A stretch of DNA of 64,000 nt from an uncultured Eubacteriales bacterium. GTDB lineage: Bacteria > Bacillota > Clostridia > Oscillospirales > Acutalibacteraceae. Each line of letters starts with the position of its first letter. Position 1 is the first letter of the stretch. The notes under the pieces are model-generated. The model saw nothing but the letters and a program-made list of their open reading frames with translations, was not told the origin of the DNA and searched no databases. The stretch covers positions 1,971 through 65,970 of the forward strand of contig ONLA01000025.1 of the NCBI GenBank assembly GCA_900318495.1, in the 5' to 3' direction. Both the position numbers and the translations under genes were made by a program. Shown piece after piece: positions 19,086-28,306 of the stretch.

Positions 19086-20381
19086 ATGAGCACAATTAAT
19101 GAAAGAAACTTAAAATTTGAAACAAAACAGCTTCACATTGGTCAGGAAACTCCCGACCCCGTAACCGACGCGCGCGCGGTTCCGATTTACGCCACAACCT
19201 CTTACGTTTTTCACGACAGTCAGCACGCCGCCGACCGTTTCGGACTTCGTGACGCCGGCAACATTTACGGCAGACTCACAAACCCAACGCAGGATGTTTT
19301 TGAACGCAGAATAGCGGCTCTTGAAGGCGGCACGGCGGCTTTGGCGGTTGCGTCGGGCGCGGCGGCGATAACCTACACAATCCAGGCTATCGCAAAATCG
19401 GGCGACAACATTGTCGCGGCTGAAACAATATACGGCGGAACCTACAATCTGCTCGCGCACACGCTTCCCGGTTACGGAATTACAACTACCTTTGTCAATC
19501 CCGATAAGGGAGGCTCTTTTGAGGCGGCAATCAACGAAAATACCAAGGCGCTTTATATTGAAACACTCGGCAACCCTAATTCGAACATAATCGATATCGA
19601 AAAGCTTGCGGCAATCGCTCACGCGCACAATATTCCTCTCATTGTTGACTCGACCTTTGCTACTCCGTATCTGCTGCGTCCGTTTGAGTACGGCGCGGAC
19701 ATCGTGGTACACTCGGCTACAAAGTTTATAGGCGGTCACGGCACCGCAATCGGCGGAGTAATTGTTGAAAGCGGTAACTTTGACTGGGCGGCTTCGGGCA
19801 AGTTCCCTCAGTTTTCACAGCCTAATCCGTCCTACCACGGCGCTGTGTTCACTCAGGCTGCTCCCGGCGCGGCGTTTGTAACCTATATTCGCGCTATTCT
19901 TCTGCGCGACACAGGCGCGACTCTTTCTCCGTTCCACGCGTTTATCTTCCTGCAGGGGCTTGAAACCCTTTCGCTCCGCGTTGAACGTCACGCTTATAAC
20001 ACCAAAAAGGTTATTGAATTTTTGCAAAACCATCCCAAGGTTGAGCACGTTAACCATCCGTCGGTTGAAGGCTCGCCGTATAAGGCTCTTTATGACAAGT
20101 ACTTCCCGAACGGGGGCGGTTCAATCTTCACATTCGAGATTAAAGGCGGTGAGGAAGAAGCAAAGAGGTTTATCGACCATCTGCAAATCTTTTCGCTGCT
20201 TGCCAATGTTGCCGACGTGAAGTCGCTTGCGATTCACCCGGCTTCAACCACACACTCCCAGCTTAATGAAGCCGAACTTGCCGAGCAGGGAATACATCCC
20301 AATACAGTGCGTCTTTCAATAGGCACCGAGCATATCGACGACATTATTTTCGATTTAAGCGAAGCCTTTGACGCAATCTGA
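19086..20381 (+). CDS. metY: O-acetylhomoserine aminocarboxypropyltransferase (sulfhydrylase)
   Basis: [22 protein letters not shown] lysine, [14 protein letters not shown]. Confidence 0.93.
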   Translation: MSTINERNLKFETKQLHIGQETPDPVTDARAVPIYATTSYVFHDSQHAADRFGLRDAGNIYGRLTNPTQDVFERRIAALEGGTAALAVASGAAAITYTIQAIAKSGDNIVAAETIYGGTYNLLAHTLPGYGITTTFVNPDKGGSFEAAINENTKALYIETLGNPNSNIIDIEKLAAIAHAHNIPLIVDSTFATPYLLRPFEYGADIVVHSATKFIGGHGTAIGGVIVESGNFDWAASGKFPQFSQPNPSYHGAVFTQAAPGAAFVTYIRAILLRDTGATLSPFHAFIFLQGLETLSLRVERHAYNTKKVIEFLQNHPKVEHVNHPSVEGSPYKALYDKYFPNGGGSIFTFEIKGGEEEAKRFIDHLQIFSLLANVADVKSLAIHPASTTHSQLNEAELAEQGIHPNTVRLSIGTEHIDDIIFDLSEAFDAI

Positions 20382-20529
20382 TGATTAACGGTGCGCGCCT
20401 TGTTTGAATACTGTTCCTTAACAGCGCCCTAAAATCAGCACAGATACTTATTAAGCCATTTTCGTTTTTCCTTAATATTTCAAATTGACACAGACTCCCC
20501 CGTAATGCTATAATAACAGCGGTGACGAT

Positions 20530-20895
20530 ATGAAGTATAAAATTATTACTTTAACAGCCGTCGCGATTCTGTTGGCAGGCATTGCGGGGAGCGTCTTTGT
20601 GCTTACCTCAAAGGGCGGCAGCACGGTTGTAATTACACAAAACGACGCGGTTATCCGTGAGATAAATCTTGACCTTGCGCCCGACGAAACCTTTGACGTG
20701 GAATACGGCGGCAGTAAAAATACAATCGAGATAAAAAACGGAAAAATCCGTGTTAAATCCGCTCAGTGCCCAGACAAAACCTGTGTTCATATGGGGTGGC
20801 TGAGTTCAGCGGCAATGCCGATAGTGTGCCTGCCGAATCATCTTGTAATAAAATTCGCGGACACGGCTGACGGAATTGACGCGCTTTCAGAGTAA
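20530..20895 (+). CDS. NusG domain II-containing (DUF1312) extracytoplasmic protein
   Basis: N-terminal TM; CPDKTCVHMG...IVCLPN. Confidence 0.85.
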   Translation: MKYKIITLTAVAILLAGIAGSVFVLTSKGGSTVVITQNDAVIREINLDLAPDETFDVEYGGSKNTIEIKNGKIRVKSAQCPDKTCVHMGWLSSAAMPIVCLPNHLVIKFADTADGIDALSE

Positions 20896-20949
20896 TAAAT
20901 TAACGGACAAGAGCTTTATGCCCTTGCCCGTTTTTTGATTTATTTTGAT

Positions 20950-23900
20950 TTATTTTACTTTTACCGCGCATTCAGCCGTTAAGCCGTTGTAAAGTGTGAT
21001 TTTTACATATGCCGTACCTTTTTTAACAGCCTTAATTGTTGCCGCGTTAGCGCTGCCTTTTGTTACCGCGGCGACCGCGCTGTTTGAGCTTGACCATTTG
21101 AGATTGGCGGAGTTTGCATAGCTGCCGCTGCTTGTTGATTCTTTGATGGTGTAGGTTTGACCAACTCTGAGCGTCAGACTTTCTGCGCTTAGTTTAACGC
21201 TTTCGGGCGCGGGAAGAACGGTTACAGCCGCCGAAGCTTTCTTTCCGTTATAAAGATTTATGCTTATGCCGGCGCTTCCTGCTTTAACCGCTTTAACGGA
21301 CGCTTTGTTGCCGGTGCCTTTTGTTACCGTCGCTACAGCGTTGTTTGTGCTGAGCCAATTAAGGTTAGCCGCGTTTGCGTATGAACCGCTGTTTGTGCTT
21401 TCGGATATTGTCAGGCTTTCGCCTTCGCCTAATTTAAAGCTTTTCGGATTAACGGATACCGACGACGGCGCAGGCTTTACGTTAACCTTGATTGTTGCGC
21501 TTTTGCCGTTGTAAAGAGTTATTGTAATGTTTGCCGAGCCTGTTTTAATGCCCTTAACGGTCGCTTTGTTGGCGCTGCCCTTTGTTACGCTTACAACCGC
21601 GCTGTTTGAGCTTGACCATTTAAGGTTGGCGGCGTTTGCGTATGAACGGTTGTTTGTGCTTTCTGAAATTGTAATGCTTTCGCCCGCGCCGAGGTTAACG
21701 TTGCCTGTGTTAATGCTTACGGATGTGGGAGCAGGCTTTACTGTGACCGCGCAGCTTGCTTTGAGTCCGTTGTAAAGGTTGATTGTAATGTTTGAGCTGC
21801 CGCTCTTTATCGCCTTGATTTCCGCTTTGTTGCCGGAGGTCTTTGTAATGCTGACAACTGTATCGTTTGAGCTTGTCCATTTAAGATTTGCGGCGTTTGC
21901 GTATGAACCGCTGTTTGTGGATTCCGAGATTGTATAAACCTCGCCGACGCCCAGTGTCAATTTTTGAGGATTGGTTTTTACCGACGACGGAGCGTCGTAA
22001 ACAGTAACCGCGCAGGTTGCCGAGGTTCCGTTTGCAAGGCTTGCCGTAATGTTAGCGGTGCCCTTGCCTGTTGCGGTGATTTTGCCGCCGCTTACCTTGG
22101 CAACGCTTTCATTCGAGGATTTCCAGGTTACCGCGCTGCCTGACGGAGTAACGGTTGCCTGAACCGCAAGGCTGTCACCGACGCCGAGCTTGCAGGATGT
22201 TGAGCTGAGCTTAACGCTCGGAGCCTTGTTCGGGTCGTAAACCGTAACCTTGCAGGAAGCGGTTTTTCCGTTGAAGGTTGTTACGGTAATTGTCGCCGTG
22301 CCTTCTCTTTTGGCTGTAAGCTTTCCTCCGGAAACCGTCACGATGTTGGGGTTGCTGCTTGTCCAAACAATTGCCGTAAGTGAATTTGACGGATTAAGCG
22401 TTCTTGACAGCGTTGCGCTTTCTCCGGTTTTCATTGAAAGCGAGGATTTGTTAAGACTGATTGAGGACGTAGTGTCCTGCGTGTAAACGCTGCCCTGAGA
22501 ACCTCTGCCGTTGACTCTTACTCCGGCGCCGCCGGTAACAATGTTGTTGCTGATGCTGCCGCCGTTTGAACCGGAATCTATGTAAATTCCGGTTGTTCCG
22601 ATGCCGGACAGAGCGTTGTATTTAATGTTTGACGCTGTGCTGTCAACCAGGTCAATGCCCTCCGTTCCGGTGTTGCGCACAGTATTGCAGTTTATATCAG
22701 TAACAGTTGAGGCGTTTGCGGCAATTCCGTATTTGCCTGTGTTTGTAACACAGTTGTTGTTAATCTTGGCGCACTTGGAATTTTTTTGAATATATATTCC
22801 GTTTTTGTGAGCTTTTTTGATATTGTTGTTTGTAATATTGTTAACAACCGAGCTTTCAGTGGCTGAAATCGCGTAATAATCGTTTGAGGAATACGCGCTT
22901 GCGGCGCAGGTAATTATGTTGTTGTCAATATTCAGATCACGGGTGTTCATTATTCTTATTCCCTGACCTTTAACCTCAATTTGGTTGTCGTAAATGTCAA
23001 CGCCGGTCAGGTAATAGTTACCCTTGTTTAAATTAGCGGTGTTGGCGGTTACGTTATATCCGAACGCGCCGATTCCAAGACAGTCATAATCGTTGTACTT
23101 GTCCTTAACATATCCGCAGCGGTTTAAAACGTTGCCTGAAATTACAATTTTGCTGTCCTTCGGAGTTTGATAGCTGTCGGAATAATGTGCGCTGACGTTG
23201 CCCTGCTTGGCAAGAATGCTCGCCTTGAAACATCCGTTTCCGTTGTTCATTACCGAGTATACGGCAATACCTCTGGGGGTGTTGTCAATAGTGTTGTTGG
23301 TTATTTTGCAGTTTTCAACTCCCTGAAACTGTACAGCCGCGCTCTTCATATTAGTGAATTTGCAGTTGTTAACCTTAATGTTTTGGTGAGGAGCGTTGTT
23401 AATTGAAGTATGGCTGCCTACTCCTCGCGGACAATTGTTAAAGGTACAGCTGTCAACAGTGACGTTTTTGCAGGGAATGTCCTCCATTCTGTAGGTGTTG
23501 AAGTGGGAAGTATGAAGAACGTCAACCTGAATAGCCTCGTAATTCAGCATATTTGAGGCTGTGTCCATATCGGTAAAGCTGCATTTGTTAACGGTAAAGC
23601 CGTCAATAGCCGCCGCCTCGATAAAGTGGGTGTTGTTTGTTGTAAATTTTGTTCCGTTGAGCTTAACGTTTGTGCAGTGAGCAAGCTTAAACAGGGTGTT
23701 GGTTCTGTTTTTTCCGTTAAGGGTGCCGTTTGTAATGGTTATGTTTTTGTATGCGGCATAGCCGGTTTTTCCCGACCTTGTATTACCGTCGTCATTGTCG
23801 CCGACGTGAATAAGGTTACCCTCGGTGTTAGCGCTGCGCGCAAGGGTAACGCCTGTAAGCACAAGGTTTGTGTTGCTGTAAATATTCAGCGTGGCGTTAA

Positions 23901-24132
23901 GGCTGTATGAACCGCCTTCAACGGTGACTGTGTAGGGGTTGCTTGCGGTCGCGGCGCTCCTTGCGCGGTCAAGAGCGCTCTGAATTGCGCTGCTGGCGCC
24001 GCTTGCGTTAATCTGTGATTTGGTGACCTTAACGGTAGTTGCGGCATTAACCGTGAAAGGAGCTGCCGTAACGATTCCCGCCAAAATCATCAAAGAAACT
24101 ATCAGCGAGGTTATTCGTGATGTTTTTTTCAT
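20950..24132 (-). CDS. Secreted right-handed beta-helix (pectin lyase-like) protein with C-terminal Big_2 Ig-like repeats
   Basis: Signal peptide, Asn-ladder repeats, about six WxSSNxxVxxV Ig repeats. Confidence 0.85.
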   Translation of the reverse strand: MKKTSRITSLIVSLMILAGIVTAAPFTVNAATTVKVTKSQINASGASSAIQSALDRARSAATASNPYTVTVEGGSYSLNATLNIYSNTNLVLTGVTLARSANTEGNLIHVGDNDDGNTRSGKTGYAAYKNITITNGTLNGKNRTNTLFKLAHCTNVKLNGTKFTTNNTHFIEAAAIDGFTVNKCSFTDMDTASNMLNYEAIQVDVLHTSHFNTYRMEDIPCKNVTVDSCTFNNCPRGVGSHTSINNAPHQNIKVNNCKFTNMKSAAVQFQGVENCKITNNTIDNTPRGIAVYSVMNNGNGCFKASILAKQGNVSAHYSDSYQTPKDSKIVISGNVLNRCGYVKDKYNDYDCLGIGAFGYNVTANTANLNKGNYYLTGVDIYDNQIEVKGQGIRIMNTRDLNIDNNIITCAASAYSSNDYYAISATESSVVNNITNNNIKKAHKNGIYIQKNSKCAKINNNCVTNTGKYGIAANASTVTDINCNTVRNTGTEGIDLVDSTASNIKYNALSGIGTTGIYIDSGSNGGSISNNIVTGGAGVRVNGRGSQGSVYTQDTTSSISLNKSSLSMKTGESATLSRTLNPSNSLTAIVWTSSNPNIVTVSGGKLTAKREGTATITVTTFNGKTASCKVTVYDPNKAPSVKLSSTSCKLGVGDSLAVQATVTPSGSAVTWKSSNESVAKVSGGKITATGKGTANITASLANGTSATCAVTVYDAPSSVKTNPQKLTLGVGEVYTISESTNSGSYANAANLKWTSSNDTVVSITKTSGNKAEIKAIKSGSSNITINLYNGLKASCAVTVKPAPTSVSINTGNVNLGAGESITISESTNNRSYANAANLKWSSSNSAVVSVTKGSANKATVKGIKTGSANITITLYNGKSATIKVNVKPAPSSVSVNPKSFKLGEGESLTISESTNSGSYANAANLNWLSTNNAVATVTKGTGNKASVKAVKAGSAGISINLYNGKKASAAVTVLPAPESVKLSAESLTLRVGQTYTIKESTSSGSYANSANLKWSSSNSAVAAVTKGSANAATIKAVKKGTAYVKITLYNGLTAECAVKVK

Positions 24133-24270
24133 AATAATACCACCTTTTAATATTTGCTGATTATATTATAATTTAAATAATTGTATATTTCAATTGATTT
24201 TATAAAATATATTTAAAAATTTATGCTTTTATGTTATACTTACTATATAAAGCTGACGGGAGGGGAAAAT

Positions 24271-24768
24271 ATGAAGCCAAAGCGAATCGCCGAGCTTGCG
24301 GTGCTGTGCGCGGTGTCGCTGATAATATTTATTGTGGAGCTTCAAATCCCAAATCCTTTTCCGGTTCCCGGAATAAAGCTTGGACTTGCGAATGTCATCA
24401 CCGTTTACGCCGTGTATCACTACAAGCCTTATGAGGTTGTGATGCTGGTCGCGGTTCGTATTTTGCTCGCCTCGGTTTTCAGCGGAAACGCGGCGGCGCT
24501 GATTTACAGCTTTTCGGGCAGTGTTCTGTGTCTGCTCGGTATGCTTTTGCTAAAGCGAGTAATTGACGAAAAGCACCTTTGGCTGTCGTCTGTTTTCGGC
24601 GCGGTACTGCACAACACAGGACAAATGGCTGCGGCGCTTATAATGCTTCAAACGCCGTCGTTAATAATTTATTATCCGTTTTTGCTGGTGTCGGGCTGTC
24701 TTGCCGGAGCGTTTACCGGACTTGCGGCGCAGCTTGTTTCGGCAAGGCTTAAAAAGATTATAAAATGA
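24271..24768 (+). CDS. Gx transporter family / heptaprenyl diphosphate synthase component I-like membrane protein
   Basis: PGIKLGLAN, HNTGQ motifs; RBS GGAGG. Confidence 0.85.
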   Translation: MKPKRIAELAVLCAVSLIIFIVELQIPNPFPVPGIKLGLANVITVYAVYHYKPYEVVMLVAVRILLASVFSGNAAALIYSFSGSVLCLLGMLLLKRVIDEKHLWLSSVFGAVLHNTGQMAAALIMLQTPSLIIYYPFLLVSGCLAGAFTGLAAQLVSARLKKIIK

Positions 24769-24877
24769 CCGGTAATTAATTTTTCTGTATAACCTGTTCT
24801 TAAAGCGTTTTATTAGATAATAGTATTATAAGAGAAAACACCTCCGCAGGCAGTGTACCGCGCGGAGGTGAATTTTA

Positions 24878-26938
24878 TTATGATTTATATTTTACGCTGA
24901 CAATTTGATTTTCATCATCCGAATCTGTCAAAAGATAAATATAGTCGCCGATGTATACACACCGCTTTACCAGGCTGCCGGTAATTTTGTATTCGTCTGT
25001 CAAACGGATTTTGCCGTTCTCAACCTTTATATTCATCATTCCGCCTATCGGCGTCCGCTTGGTTGATTCCTCATAGCTCAGCGGAATTATATAATCTTCA
25101 CGTTGGGGATTATAAACCAGCGAACGCGTATTATACATAACTTCCGAATAACAGTCTTTATCCAGTGTGTCAAGAACCTTTGGCTTTAACGGATCCGAAA
25201 CATCAAACAGGGTAAGCTTTATGGTAAAATTATGATCGCCTCCGTAGCCTATTCCTAACATTTTACCGTCGCCTGACGGCACAAGAGTAGTTGAATAGCC
25301 GCTGACCATAGCATTGCCGAGGATTTTCGGCTTTTTGGGATTGCTCAGATCCGCGACAAAAATCGGGTCGGTGTCCTTAAAGGTGATTATATATGCCTTG
25401 TCGTCAAGAAAATAAGCTGCCTTAATGCTTTCGCTTTCGGCAAAGTCTTCTGTGGTTCCCGTTAACCTGAGGTTTTCGTCAAATATATATATTGAGTGTT
25501 TGGGAGAATCAAGGTAGTCATCGTAATCATCATCATAGTCATAATCCCATAAGGACTTTTCCACAGCTGCCCTAAGGTTTCCGTTGTATTCGTCGAGCAT
25601 ATATTGGTTTATAATCATTCCGCTTGTTTTTATATTAGCTTTAAATTGTATTCCGTCGGTGATACCCAGCTTTGATATAAACGTACATTCCTCATAATGC
25701 AGTGAATTGAAATTCGGCTCCTTTGAACTGATAAGATAAAGGTTGCTTTCGCTGCAATACACGGTATCGGAATAACCGAGCACCGCCCGGCAGTCAAGCT
25801 CACTCATACCGTTTTCAGCGTCAAGCTCGCCGATTACCGCAATATTACAATCGCTTATGATGTCCGGAATACTGATTTTATCCGCCGAAAGCTCTTTGCC
25901 TTCGGTTCCGTAGCCGTTTGACGGGATTTTTGCTTTTAATTCTTCAGTGTCGTCGCCTCTGAGTAATGAACTTGCTCCGAAGGGATTAAATGCCGATATA
26001 ACATACAGTCTGCCGTTGAGCAGTCGCGAGTCAATATATCTTCCGCCTTGAAAATACGCGCTTTCAAGCTGTACCTTCGAGGGATCGCTTACGTCATAGG
26101 TCAGTGCGTATGTGTAACAGTCAATTTCTTTTTCGGTATTATAAACGCTGCACATTACTGTCAGCCTTTTGTTCTCCAGAAACATATCGCAAACTTCACA
26201 TTCAAGGTCGCCGTCTTTAATATCCTTGATATCATTGAAAGGGAATAATCTCGATTCATACCTTGTGCTGCCGTTGTCCGAGGAATATATGTTGATTCGC
26301 GGATTTGAATTGTAGAGATACTCTATAAAGCAAATGATGTCTCCGTCGGTTTTTACAGTATCAGGTTCATCAATATTCTCTTCCTGACGATAGGTTTTGC
26401 TGTAATCCACGGGTTCATAGTAGCTTTCCCCTGAGCTTCCCGCGCCGGCACTGGATAAGTTGAGAATATAACGAAGATTATTGTAGTTCTCGTATCCGTA
26501 TTCATATAATTTGCCTATTTGTTCGAGCTTGCGCTTGATGTCGTCAATACTGGAATAATTGTTTAGCTTTATTTCCTCAACATTTATTTCCCCGGATTTT
26601 TCACGCGGCTTCACAGGTTTTACGGTTGAAGGCAGGGCCGCGGTCGGTTCTGACGCTTTATCGGTTGCGGTTTTGTTGGCGCCGGGCGCCGCAGCGTTAT
26701 TTCCCGAATTAAAAAGGAAAAGTGCCGATACGCCGAACACAGCAATCGCTACTGCGGCGGCAGCGGCTATTGAAGCGGCTTTTCTGAAGGTATAAGGTTT
26801 CTTTTCGGGTGATTTCATTGGCTCAACATCTTTAATCGCGTCAAGAGCAAAGCTTTCGTCAAGACAGGAGGGAGCGTTTATTCCGCTGCTTTCAAATTTA
26901 TCTTTAATAAAATCAAGGTTATTTTTCATTATTATCAC
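24878..26938 (-). CDS. Membrane-anchored beta-propeller domain protein, probable anti-sigma factor
   Basis: Short cytoplasmic N-terminus, TM, IDEPDTVKTDG, TFKDTDPIF; overlaps the ECF sigma stop. Confidence 0.8.
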   Translation of the reverse strand: MIIMKNNLDFIKDKFESSGINAPSCLDESFALDAIKDVEPMKSPEKKPYTFRKAASIAAAAAVAIAVFGVSALFLFNSGNNAAAPGANKTATDKASEPTAALPSTVKPVKPREKSGEINVEEIKLNNYSSIDDIKRKLEQIGKLYEYGYENYNNLRYILNLSSAGAGSSGESYYEPVDYSKTYRQEENIDEPDTVKTDGDIICFIEYLYNSNPRINIYSSDNGSTRYESRLFPFNDIKDIKDGDLECEVCDMFLENKRLTVMCSVYNTEKEIDCYTYALTYDVSDPSKVQLESAYFQGGRYIDSRLLNGRLYVISAFNPFGASSLLRGDDTEELKAKIPSNGYGTEGKELSADKISIPDIISDCNIAVIGELDAENGMSELDCRAVLGYSDTVYCSESNLYLISSKEPNFNSLHYEECTFISKLGITDGIQFKANIKTSGMIINQYMLDEYNGNLRAAVEKSLWDYDYDDDYDDYLDSPKHSIYIFDENLRLTGTTEDFAESESIKAAYFLDDKAYIITFKDTDPIFVADLSNPKKPKILGNAMVSGYSTTLVPSGDGKMLGIGYGGDHNFTIKLTLFDVSDPLKPKVLDTLDKDCYSEVMYNTRSLVYNPQREDYIIPLSYEESTKRTPIGGMMNIKVENGKIRLTDEYKITGSLVKRCVYIGDYIYLLTDSDDENQIVSVKYKS

Positions 26939-27441
26939 CTCAAAAAAGCTTTCATTTTGGCAAGTGCACGTGACAGTCTTGAACGCACAGTGTTGGGCTT
27001 AAGCCCCAAAAGCCTGCCGATTTCACGGCTGTTGAAGCCTGCGACTGCCGACAGCAGAACAATATCTCTGTCTGTTTCGTTAAGTTCCTTCAATGCGTCC
27101 TTTAGCTCAACCGATTCAAACCCCGGTTCTTCAAAGGTCAGGTTTTCGCGGTCGTCAAGATTTCCGGTGTTTTTTAATTCGATTTGACGCTTAATGATCG
27201 CGCAGCAGCTGCGGTAAAGAATTTTAAATATCCATGCGTCAAAAGCTTTGTCGTTTTTCAGGATTCCTATGCTTTGATAGGCGCAAACAATACAGTCGGC
27301 AACAGCATCCTGAGCGTCGGTGTCATTGCCGAGTTTAAAATAAGCATAACGGTATAGTCTGTCCTTATACCGACTGTACAGCTTTGCGAAAGCGAGCTTG
27401 TCGCCGTTTACAGCCATTTGTATCACATTGTCCCCACTCAT
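26935..27441 (-). CDS. ECF RNA polymerase sigma factor
   Basis: Region 2 (DAQDAV, FDAWIFKI) and region 4 (EIG..LG....TVRSRLSRA). Confidence 0.92.
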   Translation of the reverse strand: MSGDNVIQMAVNGDKLAFAKLYSRYKDRLYRYAYFKLGNDTDAQDAVADCIVCAYQSIGILKNDKAFDAWIFKILYRSCCAIIKRQIELKNTGNLDDRENLTFEEPGFESVELKDALKELNETDRDIVLLSAVAGFNSREIGRLLGLKPNTVRSRLSRALAKMKAFLR

Positions 27442-27469
27442 TTTGTGCCTCCTGCGACCTTGTTCAATA

Positions 27470-27501
27470 GTTATGTGCCAAAAAAGAGCAAAAGTGTTGC
27501 A
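27470..27501 (-). promoter_or_regulatory. Candidate autoregulatory ECF promoter
   Basis: Minus strand TGCAAC -35 followed by a T-rich spacer and GCACATAAC. Confidence 0.45.
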
Positions 27502-27560
27502 TATTTTTTAAAAAAAGAGGGCTTGGCAAAAGCCAAACCCTCAAGCAAACACTGTTATTC

Positions 27561-27656
27561 ATACTAATTCCTGATAGAAAGTAGACTTATATTTTGCGAG
27601 GATATTTTTCGCAAGACAAGGCGAAGGACGCGGCAAGGCTGGCGCCTTGCAAGGAC
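27561..27656 (+). mobile_element. MITE family 1, copy E (half element fused to rpe 3' end)
   Basis: Identical to 1476-1568 plus GAC. Confidence 0.85.
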
Positions 27657-28292
27657 TTTTAGTTTTTCAATTGCCTTTGCGGCATCGTCCGCCTTGAAAA
27701 CAGCGGTGCCTGCCACGCAAACATCTACTCCTGCTTCGGCTGCCTGAGCGATTGTGCCTTCGCCGATTCCTCCGTCGGCTTCAACAAGAAGGTCAATTCC
27801 GCGCTTTTGACACTCCGCTTTAATTTCCCTTACCTTGGGGAGCATATCCGCCATAAAGCTCTGTCCTCCGAAGCCCGGTTCAACTGTCATAACCAGCACC
27901 AAATCGAGCTTGTCGAGGTAGGGGAAAACCGCGTTTGCAGGTGTTTTGGGCTTGATTACCAAGCCTGCTTTAATTCCGCGCGACTTGATTTTTTCGATTG
28001 TTTCGTCTACCGGTGAGTCGGACTCAACGTGAAAGGTAATTATATCCGCGCCGGCGTCGGCGAAATCGTCGATATATCTCAGCGGATCGGTAATCATAAG
28101 ATGAACGTCAAACGGCTTGTCCGAGTATTTGCGGACGGTTTTGTACACCGGCGCACCGAAGGTCAGATTCGGCACAAAATGACCGTCCATTACGTCAAGG
28201 TGCATCCAGTCGGCTCCTGCCTTGTCCATTCGTTCAATTTCACTGCCCATTTTTGAAAAGTCACAGGATAAAAGTGACGGTGCTATTTTCAT
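27564..28292 (-). CDS. rpe: Ribulose-phosphate 3-epimerase with 30-aa MITE-derived tail
   Basis: HLDVMDGHFVPNLTFG, DVHLM, MTVEPGFGGQ, DGG. Confidence 0.95.
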   Translation of the reverse strand: MKIAPSLLSCDFSKMGSEIERMDKAGADWMHLDVMDGHFVPNLTFGAPVYKTVRKYSDKPFDVHLMITDPLRYIDDFADAGADIITFHVESDSPVDETIEKIKSRGIKAGLVIKPKTPANAVFPYLDKLDLVLVMTVEPGFGGQSFMADMLPKVREIKAECQKRGIDLLVEADGGIGEGTIAQAAEAGVDVCVAGTAVFKADDAAKAIEKLKVLARRQPCRVLRLVLRKISSQNISLLSIRN

Positions 28293-28306
28293 TGAAATTT
28301 CCTCCG

